Assembly: GCA_000146465.1 (NCBI GenBank)
Contig: CP001947.1
Direction: 5' to 3' (one strand)
Length of the DNA: 64,000 nucleotides
The position numbers and the translations under genes are program-made. A model generated the notes under the pieces. It was not told the origin of the DNA. It did not search any database and saw only the letters and a list, made by a program, of their open reading frames with translations. This document shows positions 8,511-19,024 of the stretch, in pieces. Position 1 is the stretch's first letter; each line of letters starts with the position of its first letter.

Positions 8511-11072
8511 ATGCTTGATAGAGAGCACATTGTTCCTACTCCGATTGTAGAAAATCATCAACCTCTGGATGCTTTGATAGAGGAGTTGGCTCTGCTGAGG
8601 GGAGACAGGCTGTGTAAAAGCCTAGAAAGCATTCTGTGTGTAACTAGGCCTTTTACCCCAGAGCAGATGTGCAGGGTAGACAGGATTGTTTCAAGTCTCC
8701 ACAATGACCATAAAGAAGCCTGGTTTTACCAGAGGATATTTGAACTGGCTTTAAAGATGTATGGCTTTGGAAACGACTGGAGAAACCGGCTTCGAATTTG
8801 CAAACTCCATGAAAAACACAAGTTTAGAATTCACAGCAACGTCCACGAGTTTTCGTATACGGGGAGTATAACCGAGATACCTAGGATATGTAAAGGGTTC
8901 ATGGAAAACAGGAAGACCATCTACGACAGAGTAAATGTTCTTGGGTACTGTGTACTCGAGATCTCTGGGATGAATGATGGGGAGGAGTATGAGGGGGAGG
9001 ATGACATCTTCTATCTTATAGAGTATGTCTATAGAAGGGACTTGAAGACACTTCTGAGGTGGGCAAAGAATGTCCGAGTGATGAATGACTGGTCACTGCT
9101 GTACCTGGCAAACTATCCAGATTTCTTATACACAGAACTGAAGTATCTGAGCAACCCGATGATAATTAAGGAAATCATATTACAGCAGAAATCACACAGG
9201 CTTTTTGACTTTCTTTTCATTAAGATTTCGATGTTGTTTCCAAGGGAAGAGATGGCCAACCTGTTGGCCAATAGCTACGACAAGTCCGGAGTGGAATACA
9301 CAACCCGTATATTCTGGAAACTGTTTGAAGATAATGAAGAGAATGGGGAAAAGATTCTCAAGAAGTTCATCAGAAACAGAAAAGCAAAGGAGTTTGGAGG
9401 CATGTTTTATGAAATGTGTACAAGGATCGATGGAGATTATGCCGAGGCTATTGGTGTGTGCATTGAAAAGGTGCACCTGATCAAGGATAAGTGTCTTGAA
9501 GACCTTATGAATTCTCACTACTGGGCGCACGTCACCCACAGGTACGAGGACTTTTCTGTGCTCACAAGGCTTTTGATAGAGAGAGGCCTTCTGCCCAAGA
9601 AGGAATTCGACTTTCTTCAGGGCCACATGGATGCTACCCTTGAGAATCTTCGGAAAATCTTGTTTTTAGTCCAAGAGGCGCCTTCCAGACGAGAGGACGT
9701 GAGAAATGCCGTGATTGAGATTATTAAGAGAATGTTCAGGAAAAGGATGAAATGCGAGAAATGCAGGGAAAAGAAAATAGAAAAGACCTTAAAGCTGTGT
9801 CCTGTTGGGTCTCTTATTCAAAAGGGATCTGAAAGAGGGGAAGAGGACGGGTTACTGGTTATGTACGAGATACTGGAGGCTCTTCGAGATCTAGACATCC
9901 CAAAAAGGACACTCCAGATGCTTTCTCTAATGAATCCCGATCTTTTCTGCAAGATTGTTACCAACGATACTAAATACGACTGCTTTTTCATCAAGTGCCT
10001 GAATATCATCCTGAAAGATCTTGAAGGGAGGTTCCGATGGGTTGTAAGCGACATTGTAAAAATGAAAATATTTGATTCCGATGGTTACTGGGAGCAGAGT
10101 GTCAGAAAATCCTTGAAGCTTGGGAGCTTGTGGAAGGCAATGGCTTCGCATGGAGTGTTGTGGGAGAAAGACCAACCCGGGATTTTGGCCCTGAAGAAGA
10201 ACGGACTCTATTCTCTCAAGAACATTGTAATCCACTCGGACTCGAGCTTCTTTGCCGAAAATGAATGTTCTTCGGAGGTGATTGAAAAGAAGGGATGGTC
10301 CTTTTTGGAGGACAAGAGGAATCTTGGATATATGAAAATGCTTGACGATAAGACAAAGCTGAGATATCTTATTAAAGAACTAGAAGGGAGAAGAGATCCC
10401 GAAAGCTTAAAAGTGGTGAAGGAGTTACTTGTATCCTCCTCCCGAGTTACGGATGGAATGGTGTTCAAGAATTCGTCTATTGTGTTCAAGGTGGCTAAAG
10501 TCTTTACATTGTATCTCTCTTTTGGGCAATATGAAGAGATAGGTGAGCAGGCGTTTGTTGAACTGGAGGGAGAGAGAGACAACCTGAAGATTGGACGAAC
10601 AAATGGAAAGCTGTTTATGAAGAAACTGAGGGAGGGAAAGGAAGAACATGTTCTTTTGGGGGAAGATGACAAGCCAAAAATGAAGGAGACTTTCAGCTTC
10701 TGGTACAAATCCTCGAAGCTCTCGTTTTGCCTGAATGGGAAGATGTACACCTCCGAAATTAGGAATGTGGATGTAATAAGAATAGGAGGAGGGCTTCGAG
10801 GAATAATAGAAAAGATATTTCTGTGCGAGTCGCATCTTCCTAAAAAGTACACTCTTGGAAGTTCTCGCCAGTCGTCTTTGTATATTAGGGAGCTGTCCAA
10901 GATAGAGAAGTTTCTGGCATATAAGAACATAAGTGGAGTATACATGGACAGCACTACGCCGTACTTCATGAACAGGAGACTCGACGTCAAGGTAAACAAT
11001 GTGATAGACAACAAAAATGTTTATTGGATGTGCCATAGAAAAGTCTTGAGTCTATTGAAAGAAAGGCTGTAA
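8511..11072 (+). CDS. hypothetical protein (853 aa)
   Basis: Long ORF with an ATG start; no recognisable domains. Confidence 0.5.
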   Translation: MLDREHIVPTPIVENHQPLDALIEELALLRGDRLCKSLESILCVTRPFTPEQMCRVDRIVSSLHNDHKEAWFYQRIFELALKMYGFGNDWRNRLRICKLHEKHKFRIHSNVHEFSYTGSITEIPRICKGFMENRKTIYDRVNVLGYCVLEISGMNDGEEYEGEDDIFYLIEYVYRRDLKTLLRWAKNVRVMNDWSLLYLANYPDFLYTELKYLSNPMIIKEIILQQKSHRLFDFLFIKISMLFPREEMANLLANSYDKSGVEYTTRIFWKLFEDNEENGEKILKKFIRNRKAKEFGGMFYEMCTRIDGDYAEAIGVCIEKVHLIKDKCLEDLMNSHYWAHVTHRYEDFSVLTRLLIERGLLPKKEFDFLQGHMDATLENLRKILFLVQEAPSRREDVRNAVIEIIKRMFRKRMKCEKCREKKIEKTLKLCPVGSLIQKGSERGEEDGLLVMYEILEALRDLDIPKRTLQMLSLMNPDLFCKIVTNDTKYDCFFIKCLNIILKDLEGRFRWVVSDIVKMKIFDSDGYWEQSVRKSLKLGSLWKAMASHGVLWEKDQPGILALKKNGLYSLKNIVIHSDSSFFAENECSSEVIEKKGWSFLEDKRNLGYMKMLDDKTKLRYLIKELEGRRDPESLKVVKELLVSSSRVTDGMVFKNSSIVFKVAKVFTLYLSFGQYEEIGEQAFVELEGERDNLKIGRTNGKLFMKKLREGKEEHVLLGEDDKPKMKETFSFWYKSSKLSFCLNGKMYTSEIRNVDVIRIGGGLRGIIEKIFLCESHLPKKYTLGSSRQSSLYIRELSKIEKFLAYKNISGVYMDSTTPYFMNRRLDVKVNNVIDNKNVYWMCHRKVLSLLKERL

Positions 11073-11301
11073 ATGGATGGGGCCAGAGGATAGGCTTGAA
11101 TACCCCTTTTCTGAAGGGACCTGAGATTTGAAGAGAGCTGACCAGTGAGGTTTTAGAGGGATTCTAGGATAGGCAGAAAAAAAACAGCCAATTACTCCAA
11201 GAAAAGATTAAGGAGATCTGCAATATACTTGGGCATAGAAAAGAAGATGGAGTCAATAACGAGGTGTGTTTCTATTGGCATAGAAAATTATAAATAATCA
11301 G

Positions 11302-11601
11302 ATGAATTCAAGATCAATGAAGCTTTCTAGTGTGATGTTTCTAGCTCTGTCTTCTCTTGTCTCTGCTGGCTGGTGGGGATCGTCTTCTACAACCGAAGGA
11401 GGTGACAGCAATAGCTCACAGTTATTTGGAATGGGAAGTCAAGGGGAGGGGGGAAATCCCAGTACAGATGGAAAGAGTAACCTGGTTGAGGAGTCGGAAG
11501 GACATAACGACGAAGGTAACGAAGGAGGAGAAGGATCCAAGAACAACCCTGGAAAGAACGAAAACTCATCAGGCTTCTGGGAGAGCAAAACACAAGACTA
11601 A
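11302..11601 (+). CDS. small secreted Gly/Ser/Glu/Asn-rich low-complexity protein
   Basis: ATG; hydrophobic signal-like N-terminus MKLSSVMFLALSSLVSAGWW, then an acidic G/S/N-rich tail. Confidence 0.35.
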   Translation: MNSRSMKLSSVMFLALSSLVSAGWWGSSSTTEGGDSNSSQLFGMGSQGEGGNPSTDGKSNLVEESEGHNDEGNEGGEGSKNNPGKNENSSGFWESKTQD

Positions 11602-11721
11602 GTCCCTGTGGCAGACATTTCTTGCTCTTGAACATCCTCAAGTGAAGAAACAATAAAGCTGTTGTATTTTTGTCATATTATTTATCTGGGATATTTTTAG
11701 GTAAAACATATAAGGTACCCC

Positions 11722-12278
11722 ATGAAGTTTTCTCGGATAGTTATGATGGGGCCGCCAGGATGTGGAAAGGGAACCCAGTCTAAGCTTATATCTGAAAGAT
11801 ATGGAATTCCCCACGTGAGCTCTGGAGACATTATACGGGAAGAGATGATGAAGAGTAAGTTAGGGTAGTAATTTTAGACACCAAGGAAGCAGAAATAGTT
11901 AGAGAGATTGTTAACTCAGGAGGATTGGCTCCTAACGAAGTTGTGAATAAACTGGTGCTGAAGAAGATTCGAAGCATGGATAGGTATATTCTCGATGGAT
12001 ACCCCAGAAGAACCGACCAGGCAGAAATGCTGGGAGACAGTGTTGACCTAGTGATATTTATTGATGTGGACAAGGATACATGCATTCATAGGATCTGCAA
12101 GCGAAATCATGGAAGGGATGATGATGAGGAGGAGGTTGGAAGAAAGAGATATGACGTCTACACGAAGGAAACAATGCCTATACTTGAGCTGTATAAGAGC
12201 TATGGAAAGATAGTAAGGGTGGATGGGAATGGTTCTCCCGAGACCATATTTTCTAAGATCTGCGGAATTATTGAATGA
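11722..12278 (+). CDS. adenylate kinase, two exons join(11722..11854,11878..12278)
   Basis: Exon 1 encodes the P-loop [10 protein letters not shown]...[10 protein letters not shown]; splicing out a 23-nt intron gives ...[30 protein letters not shown]...[11 protein letters not shown]...GRDDD... in frame with ORF 11925..12278; canonical AK motifs throughout. Confidence 0.85.
11855..11877 (+). other. spliceosomal intron, 23 nt (gtaagttagggtagtaattttag)
   Basis: GTAAGT 5' splice site, TAATTTT branch-like element, AG 3' end; removing it restores a continuous adenylate kinase reading frame. Confidence 0.8.
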
Positions 12279-12400
12279 TATATGCGATTAAATGGCATTT
12301 GGTGTGTCTTTGAATAGTTGTTGTGTCTTGAAGGTTGAGTGAAGAACTCCTTAAAAAAAGGAGCAAATAAAAGCAAAAACAAGCCCTGAAGAGAGAGGGG

Positions 12401-14638
12401 ATGAAGAAGAGGGGATGTTCGGAAGTCTCTTCCTTTGAAAGACACATGGACACAGTTCTTTCTGTCCCGGATATCCTAGGAAGAAAGGAAGTCTTGAGGC
12501 CTGTAGTGTTCTCGCACAGGGACGACTCTGAAGATGGGTTGGAAGCAATGAATGACAGAGAAGTGTTTATGGCAGCTCTGAGACGAAGGATGAACCTTCT
12601 ACTTGGTCCCAGAGTGGTTGAAAAAGCAGATTTGGATATTTACAGAGATGATAATGTCTGGATGAATGAGATTAGAATGAGCTCGGAAGAAAGGAAGGAA
12701 GAACTCTGTGGGGAAAAGAGAGTAGCTTTTGTTTCTGTGGACCCGGACCTTTATGGGATTGTTGCAAACGAAATTCCTGGGTCAGGAACGAAGGACGATA
12801 GCTTTTTGTATGTTAGAAGAAGAATAGTGGGTCTTGAGAGCCGGGTGGAGTTTTTGTTTAGAAGAAGCTGGGGGATAATGGAGAGTAAAAAGGTATTATC
12901 GCTTGCTTCGCTCGATAGCTTAGTGAGGAAGGATGGATTTCAAGGTATTGTGATGGTGGATGGAAAGTCAGTGGTTTTGAGCAAGGCTGTAGAAGAGGTG
13001 AACATTGGACTTCGAAACAGGAATGCAGGGATTATGGAAAACAATATCCGGGGCACTTTTACTATCCGAGTAGACGGACTGGATGGGTCGGGAGAGAAGC
13101 TCCAGAGTGTGAAGCTGGTATGTGGATATAGAGAAAGTGACTTCCAAGTTCGATTTGGATACCATAAGATGTATAAGGTAATGCCTATGGAGAGACTGAT
13201 GAACTACTATCTGGACAACAAATGCATTCCTCTTGGAAAACTTCTCGAAGAGCTTGTCTGCATCTCGCAACCTGGGAGTCTAAGAGACAATTGTTTAAGA
13301 TTCATAGAGTTGAAGGCCAGCTTGTTTTTTGGAGAAGCCGAGATATCTCCTTATGATGTTGGGAGCTCACTCTTGTTTTTTCTTTGGATGTTTGGAGGAA
13401 GTCGATTGTCGTTGATAACAAACAAGATCATAGAGTACATCGAGTATGTACTTAGTGAGCTAGACATCTGCCGAAGCTCTACCAAGGACTTTTTGTTCCT
13501 TCATGAGACATGTATCTTCATAAATAAGATCATTCTACTGGAAAGACAGGCAGGAGAGATTGGAAGCCATAGAAAGCCAAGTATTGGGGATATGAAGAAA
13601 GATATGCAGGTTGGAGTTGGGCCATCGGATTGGTACGAATGGGACGATTTTTGCCCAAAAGAGTCATGCACTGCCCTTGCCTATTACAAGGCAGCAGATT
13701 TCTCAGAAAACCTTGTACTCAGGCTAAGAAGAATAGGCCACCAAGAGAAGATGCATGAAGAAGATGCCAAGCCCATTGTCAAAAGCACAATTGAGGATCT
13801 TCTTCTTGAAAGCCTTAGGATCTCAAAAGCCGAGTGTATTAGAAGCCGATCTCCGGGACTAAGAAAGCTTTTTGGGGTGTATCGAAGAATGAATAAGATT
13901 TCTCAGAAAGGCCTTGCTAGATTTGTGGATAGGGACAAGACAAGTAATCTCATTATCTCTATTCTTGAAGAGAATACTGTGTTTGACTGTGAGACTCTCC
14001 TCCTGTGTACCATTTTGAAGGATATTTCACAGATTGTTCCAGTAAGAGTGTCTGTTCTCGATAAGGCACTAGTTAAATGCATAAGTGAGGTTGTGGAAAT
14101 GTTTGGAAAAAGGTTGAGGCGGCTTCTTCGAAAGGGCGAAGAAGATGTTGAAAATGCATTTGAACCAATAAGACTGTTCTTTAAAAGACTTCGGTATCTG
14201 AACTCGACTATACACGAGGAGATATTCAAGAGCGACCTGCATCATGCCATAGAAGAGGAGTGCTTCTACCGACTCCGAAAGATATCTCGAGATGTCAGGG
14301 GAGGGCTTAGACAGCTGGAACTCTGCAGGAAATTGCATGAGGAGCATCTTCGGATGTTTAACTCAATGAATCGAGAGATCGAGCTTGGATACTGTCTGGA
14401 AGAAAAGAAAGCCTTCATGAGGCTTTATGATGTTAGAAAGATAAAAAGGATGCTGAGAAATCCAGAGATTCTAGAGAAAGAGATATTAAAGATGATTGGG
14501 GAAGGGACATTTGCAGACGATAATGTACGCAACAGATACAAGCTGTATCTGTACGAGTGCATTAAGGAGAACGCCCGGGTGCTTTCCAAGGATAGATATG
14601 ATGAGACAATGATGTCTGTAAATAAATGCTTCATATGA
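12401..14638 (+). CDS. hypothetical protein (745 aa)
   Basis: ATG start; no recognisable domains. Confidence 0.5.
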   Translation: MKKRGCSEVSSFERHMDTVLSVPDILGRKEVLRPVVFSHRDDSEDGLEAMNDREVFMAALRRRMNLLLGPRVVEKADLDIYRDDNVWMNEIRMSSEERKEELCGEKRVAFVSVDPDLYGIVANEIPGSGTKDDSFLYVRRRIVGLESRVEFLFRRSWGIMESKKVLSLASLDSLVRKDGFQGIVMVDGKSVVLSKAVEEVNIGLRNRNAGIMENNIRGTFTIRVDGLDGSGEKLQSVKLVCGYRESDFQVRFGYHKMYKVMPMERLMNYYLDNKCIPLGKLLEELVCISQPGSLRDNCLRFIELKASLFFGEAEISPYDVGSSLLFFLWMFGGSRLSLITNKIIEYIEYVLSELDICRSSTKDFLFLHETCIFINKIILLERQAGEIGSHRKPSIGDMKKDMQVGVGPSDWYEWDDFCPKESCTALAYYKAADFSENLVLRLRRIGHQEKMHEEDAKPIVKSTIEDLLLESLRISKAECIRSRSPGLRKLFGVYRRMNKISQKGLARFVDRDKTSNLIISILEENTVFDCETLLLCTILKDISQIVPVRVSVLDKALVKCISEVVEMFGKRLRRLLRKGEEDVENAFEPIRLFFKRLRYLNSTIHEEIFKSDLHHAIEEECFYRLRKISRDVRGGLRQLELCRKLHEEHLRMFNSMNREIELGYCLEEKKAFMRLYDVRKIKRMLRNPEILEKEILKMIGEGTFADDNVRNRYKLYLYECIKENARVLSKDRYDETMMSVNKCFI

Positions 14639-14763
14639 TTTGATTTCCATATTGTGTATATCTAGAATTGGTGCAAAGACTTGGTTGGCTCGGAAGAGGA
14701 AACCAATAAAGGGCTAAGGAAAAGAAAAAAGGGAAGATTTCGGGATTTTATTTGTTACATGGA

Positions 14764-15624
14764 ATGAAAAGGAGAAGCAGATGTTTATATAGAGATAGGA
14801 TAGGATGGAAACCGATGGAGGATAAGGATACAAAGAGAAAAAAGAAGAACATCATAATAATCAATGATAAGGGAGAAATGTTGAGTGTGGCAAAGAAAGA
14901 TGATGGAAACATAACAGATGTGGAGAGGCCTGAGGAGATGAATACGAAGGCAGAGAGTGTTCGAGAAGAAGAGAAATCCCAAGAAAAGGAACAAAAAGAA
15001 CTCTCGGAAGTAAAGGACACTAAAGACACTTCCGATATGTCCAAGGACCGTCTGGAGCACTCTGAAGAGAAGACACCGGAAGAAGAAAGTAAGAAGGAAA
15101 CGAAGGAGGAAGAATCCAAAGAGAAGGAAGAAAGCCAGAAGGAAGAGGTATCAACACCCTCGAATTCCAAGGAGCCCAAAGACAACGAGAAGGCGGAAGA
15201 TGCACCCACACCCTCTGAGAAGGGCGATACTTTTGTTCCTCCTATACTCAAGACACTTTCCGAGAACTCCAACAAGGAGATATTTGAGGAGAGAGACAAA
15301 GGTAGCATAGTGGCCGAGGGATGGATTTGGAAGAAGAGGAGGATCTTCAGCTGTTTCTGGCATCAGAAGTATTTTGTTCTCACAAAGGACGGGGTTCTGA
15401 AGTACTACAAGGCCGATGGAAGAAGGAAGGCAAAGGGGAACTGGAACATTAAGGAAGCAGACGATCTCAGAGAATACAATCTTCCCAGCGAAGAGAACAA
15501 GCATCCTTGCAGAGTAATGGTGGTCTTCCCCGACAGCTCCCTTCTTCTGGCATTCGACGAAAGAAACACTAAGGACTACTGGGTGGAAAGGCTTAATGAG
15601 ATCATTAAGAAGTCGAAGAAGTAA
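14764..15624 (+). CDS. acidic Glu/Lys-rich protein with C-terminal PH domain
   Basis: ORF-track start 14752 is TTG; first ATG 14764; C-terminal GWIWKKRRIFSCFWHQKYFVLTKDGVLKYYK...W matches a pleckstrin-homology fold. Confidence 0.55.
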   Translation: MKRRSRCLYRDRIGWKPMEDKDTKRKKKNIIIINDKGEMLSVAKKDDGNITDVERPEEMNTKAESVREEEKSQEKEQKELSEVKDTKDTSDMSKDRLEHSEEKTPEEESKKETKEEESKEKEESQKEEVSTPSNSKEPKDNEKAEDAPTPSEKGDTFVPPILKTLSENSNKEIFEERDKGSIVAEGWIWKKRRIFSCFWHQKYFVLTKDGVLKYYKADGRRKAKGNWNIKEADDLREYNLPSEENKHPCRVMVVFPDSSLLLAFDERNTKDYWVERLNEIIKKSKK

Positions 15625-15678
15625 AAAACCAATCTTCTGGGAATAAACATTGATTTTTATTAACAAAATCTATGAGGC

Positions 15679-16194
15679 TCAGTTCTTCTTTGTGATGACT
15701 GCCTCCATTACTTTGAAAAAAAAGGTCTTTACCTGGCACTCGTCGAATGTTATCTCTTCGCTGAGGAAGTCTGGAAGATCCACGTTTCTAGACTCAATAA
15801 GCTTGTAGACATAAGAATTCTCCTCGGGTGTCAACACAAATCTAATGAATTTTGTAACATTGTTCGACACAATCTCGTGGGTTACCTCATAGCTTCCATC
15901 ATTCTCGACTATGTCAAACCCAACAAACTTCTTGTACAACAGTGCATCCGTCTTCAAAGACCTTAGATACTCATTCTCCTTCTTATAGCTCTCTATCAAA
16001 TCCTCTTCCTTCATCTTCATTTCAATGAGGATCTGTTTGTATCTAGATGCAGAATCAAGATCTCTCCTCTCCTCTGCACATACTGCCTTCTGGGGCCTGT
16101 TCTCTTTGGAATCAGAGGCTTCGACATCCTTTGTGGGTGTCTTTGTCCCCTTTCTTGGCGTCTTAAACGTTATTCTCTTCCTAGGTGTCTTCAT
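15679..16194 (-). CDS. hypothetical protein with basic KTPRK-repeat N-terminus
   Basis: 171 aa, ATG start. Confidence 0.45.
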   Translation of the reverse strand: MKTPRKRITFKTPRKGTKTPTKDVEASDSKENRPQKAVCAEERRDLDSASRYKQILIEMKMKEEDLIESYKKENEYLRSLKTDALLYKKFVGFDIVENDGSYEVTHEIVSNNVTKFIRFVLTPEENSYVYKLIESRNVDLPDFLSEEITFDECQVKTFFFKVMEAVITKKN

Positions 16195-16274
16195 TTGTAT
16201 TTCCTATTCGGGGATCCCCTTGATAATTTTTTACAGATCCTGAAGACATCCCAATAGACATATTCTAAGGTATT

Positions 16275-17579
16275 TTATTTACTACTCTTCTTTCTCCTGC
16301 TTATTCTTCTCCCCTTCGAATGCTTTCCTCCGCAGTATTTCTCTTTCTTGTCTCTCCCTCCCTTCATCGATTCCACTCTCTCCTCCTTGCTTGCCTTCCG
16401 CCGGATAAACTCAAGATTCCTCCCGCAATACTTCCTGTGTCTCATCACATTGACAACAGACATGTATCCATAAGATATGCTCTTGCTCTTCGATCCCTTG
16501 AAACATTCTATATACTTTGAAATCCTTTCTTTCATCCTATCAACCACTCCGTCTTCTTTTTTTTCGTTCCGCTCTCCGTCCTCGCTGATGGAAAGGGACT
16601 GTGTCTCCGAGTCTTCTTTTCCGCCCCCTTCGTCTCTCAGTCTTGCTGCTTCTGGATCAAACTTGCAATATATCTCCCTCAGCATGTTCAATCCATACAC
16701 TACAAAGTCGTCGTCCTTGAACTCAGAGCACAGCGAGTTTCCTACAACATCGATCACTCGAAGAACATCTTGCACAGTCACCTCCTCCACAATGATCTCC
16801 ATCAAGTCCTTGATATCGCTTTTTTCGGGGTTTAGCATTCCCATTGCTACACGTGCAACTGAGGCTTTCAGCCCATATCTGCTCCGGAACAAAACATAGA
16901 TCTTCATTTTCATGATCTTCTCTTCTCTCTCCATCATATTTTCCTGAAGATTTGCAAATAGCATCTTTCCAAATCTTGACGCCTCCGCACTAAGTAACTC
17001 CATGGCCTTCTTTCCCTCCTCTTCAAAGTCTATCTGGTCCAGAAAGTACATTCTGCAGATCTTTCCCACTTTTCCATCTGCAAAGAGCCCTTCACACACT
17101 TCCTTCTCGAGAACACCACACCCCTTTCTAAACAGATATACAACCAGATAGTAGCAGAAGCTCCTTTGCTTGTCTGTTCCCTTTTTGTAGTACTCTAAAA
17201 TACATGGAACCTCCTCTTCCGAGACAAGACTCCTTATCCTCTTCAGAACCGACTTGGGGTCTGGATGGTGCTCCATGAGGTTCTTGAGGAGCTGCTCCCC
17301 GCTTACTAGTCCTCTTCTCCGAAGCCTAAAGAGACTCTCAACAACAGTTCGCTTTATTTTGTGGCACTTGATGGTCTCCACACTTGAAACAAGAGTCTCC
17401 GAAAGCCTTTTGTCGATTGTAGGGAAAGCAAGAAGAAATGAAAGAGTCTGCCGGATAGTCTTCCCCGGTTGCTTTGGGAGCCTCACAAGAGAGCTAAACA
17501 GCTCGAGCTGTCTTCCATACTCCTCCACATAGTTCTCTGGGCATTTTTCCAGCCCAACCATCACTTGGTAGATATCCAT
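16275..17579 (-). CDS. hypothetical protein, possibly ribosome-biogenesis (SDA1-like?) with basic C-terminus
   Basis: 434 aa; helical repeat region then a Lys/Arg-rich tail; weak resemblance only. Confidence 0.45.
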   Translation of the reverse strand: MDIYQVMVGLEKCPENYVEEYGRQLELFSSLVRLPKQPGKTIRQTLSFLLAFPTIDKRLSETLVSSVETIKCHKIKRTVVESLFRLRRRGLVSGEQLLKNLMEHHPDPKSVLKRIRSLVSEEEVPCILEYYKKGTDKQRSFCYYLVVYLFRKGCGVLEKEVCEGLFADGKVGKICRMYFLDQIDFEEEGKKAMELLSAEASRFGKMLFANLQENMMEREEKIMKMKIYVLFRSRYGLKASVARVAMGMLNPEKSDIKDLMEIIVEEVTVQDVLRVIDVVGNSLCSEFKDDDFVVYGLNMLREIYCKFDPEAARLRDEGGGKEDSETQSLSISEDGERNEKKEDGVVDRMKERISKYIECFKGSKSKSISYGYMSVVNVMRHRKYCGRNLEFIRRKASKEERVESMKGGRDKKEKYCGGKHSKGRRISRRKKSSK

Positions 17580-17720
17580 ATTATCGGGTCAAAAATTTTA
17601 GTCTTAAGTTGGCATACCTCGGACTTCGATCTTTGGCCTAACGTCGCCTCCTCGGCCTCTTACTTCCTTCCTTCCTGAAACATCAATAAAACCTTGTCTA
17701 AACATTGGAGGCAACAGCAG

Positions 17721-18995
17721 ATGCCTCTGGTCGATTTCATTGCAACCTTCTATAAAAAGAACAACATCCTTTACGATACCTTTGTAGGTGCATGGCTTGA
17801 GCTCAAGGAATGCAAAAACATAGAGAGAAACCTTGCACGTCTTCTCAAATGCCTCAGACATGAACAGACGAGCCAGGCAAGCTACAGATGTCTTGAATAT
17901 TTTGTGGAAAATGAAATGGCCGATTTCATATACAGATTGAGAGACATCGAAGAAAACCAGGCTGCCATGGATTTTCTTACTGACCTTATTTCCATTCTTC
18001 CTGCCAAATATTTCCCAAGATTCAACAACTTCCTTGATATGGTGTTCGCATCTGAACACACCGACGGTCTGGCACTGGCTCTAGCATATTCAGAAAGAAC
18101 CATTGTTCTTGGCTGCAGGATAAGAACATCTCTCGTAAACTACTCCTTGAGGTTCTTTTTTGATCCAGGTCTACATGGGGACTATTCCAGAGCATGCATT
18201 GTATATCTCATATGCTCTAAAAGAGCTCTTGACCATCTCAGGTCCATGGAATTCATCCAAGCCGTCATAAGAAGGACAAATAGAATATACCTCGACTTGG
18301 AAAAAACCATGCCACTTTATCTGTCTCTTCTGAACTTCATTTCATATTATGCAAGAAAGGAAATCGATCTGTATAAAGAAGAAATTGACGCCGCTCTCGG
18401 TAGCCAAGAAGGAACTTTAGATCCAAAGAAGATAAGGACTCATCCAACAACAAGTCCTCTACTCCCCCCAAGAAGCAACCAATCCTCCGCAGAGCTATGT
18501 TCTGCCCTTCATCTCCTCGAGTTCCCCCACATGCATCCCGTCTCCATATACATAGAAATCCTGGAGAGTACTGGGTCGTCCAATATAAGGGCATCGCTCA
18601 TCGAATCTATCCTAGCAGACATAGATTCTGTAGATGACCCAGGGAAATTCATAAGATTCTGTGCGGAGAACCACCCAGGTCTCTTGGCCCCTTATCTCAT
18701 TAGAAACGGCGGAGAAGACTGGTCTCCCATTGTTGTGCTCAGGAGAGTTATGGAAATGAAAAGAGAGAGGTCCTGCATCACAATCCCCTACGTATGCCAT
18801 GTCAATCGCCACAAATCCTCCATAATCGATTTCCTTGTTGAAAAAAACATTTGCGACGACCTGGTGTTCTTGTTCATCTGGGTTGTATCTAAGGAAACAT
18901 TCCTTTCTCATTTCGGAAGGATCCAAGAGATGTTCAAAGCCCACAAGACATTCTGGGCCAATCTATGGAACCTGATCCTCTCCCTCCCTGCCTAA
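17721..18995 (+). CDS. hypothetical protein
   Basis: ORF-track start 17694 is TTG; first ATG about 17721 (MPLVDF...). Confidence 0.5.
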   Translation: MPLVDFIATFYKKNNILYDTFVGAWLELKECKNIERNLARLLKCLRHEQTSQASYRCLEYFVENEMADFIYRLRDIEENQAAMDFLTDLISILPAKYFPRFNNFLDMVFASEHTDGLALALAYSERTIVLGCRIRTSLVNYSLRFFFDPGLHGDYSRACIVYLICSKRALDHLRSMEFIQAVIRRTNRIYLDLEKTMPLYLSLLNFISYYARKEIDLYKEEIDAALGSQEGTLDPKKIRTHPTTSPLLPPRSNQSSAELCSALHLLEFPHMHPVSIYIEILESTGSSNIRASLIESILADIDSVDDPGKFIRFCAENHPGLLAPYLIRNGGEDWSPIVVLRRVMEMKRERSCITIPYVCHVNRHKSSIIDFLVEKNICDDLVFLFIWVVSKETFLSHFGRIQEMFKAHKTFWANLWNLILSLPA

Positions 18996-19024
18996 CTTAT
19001 TCTTATGTAAGCCGATGACCCCAT

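Noticed and set aside
9192-11036. Several 100-270-aa minus-strand ORFs (9192..9626, 10208..11014, 10425..11036)
   Set aside because: All lie inside the 853-aa + strand gene and are low complexity; no independent support.
11357-11656. ORFs 11357..11656 (+) and 11387..11653 (-) overlapping the small secreted ORF
   Set aside because: Alternative frames of the same low-complexity GGA/GAA-rich DNA; the signal-peptide frame (11302..11601) is the only one with a plausible start.
14748-15308. 186-aa Ser-rich minus-strand ORF
   Set aside because: Antisense shadow of the Glu/Lys-rich region of the PH-domain gene (GAA/GAG repeats read as Ser/Phe/Leu on the other strand).
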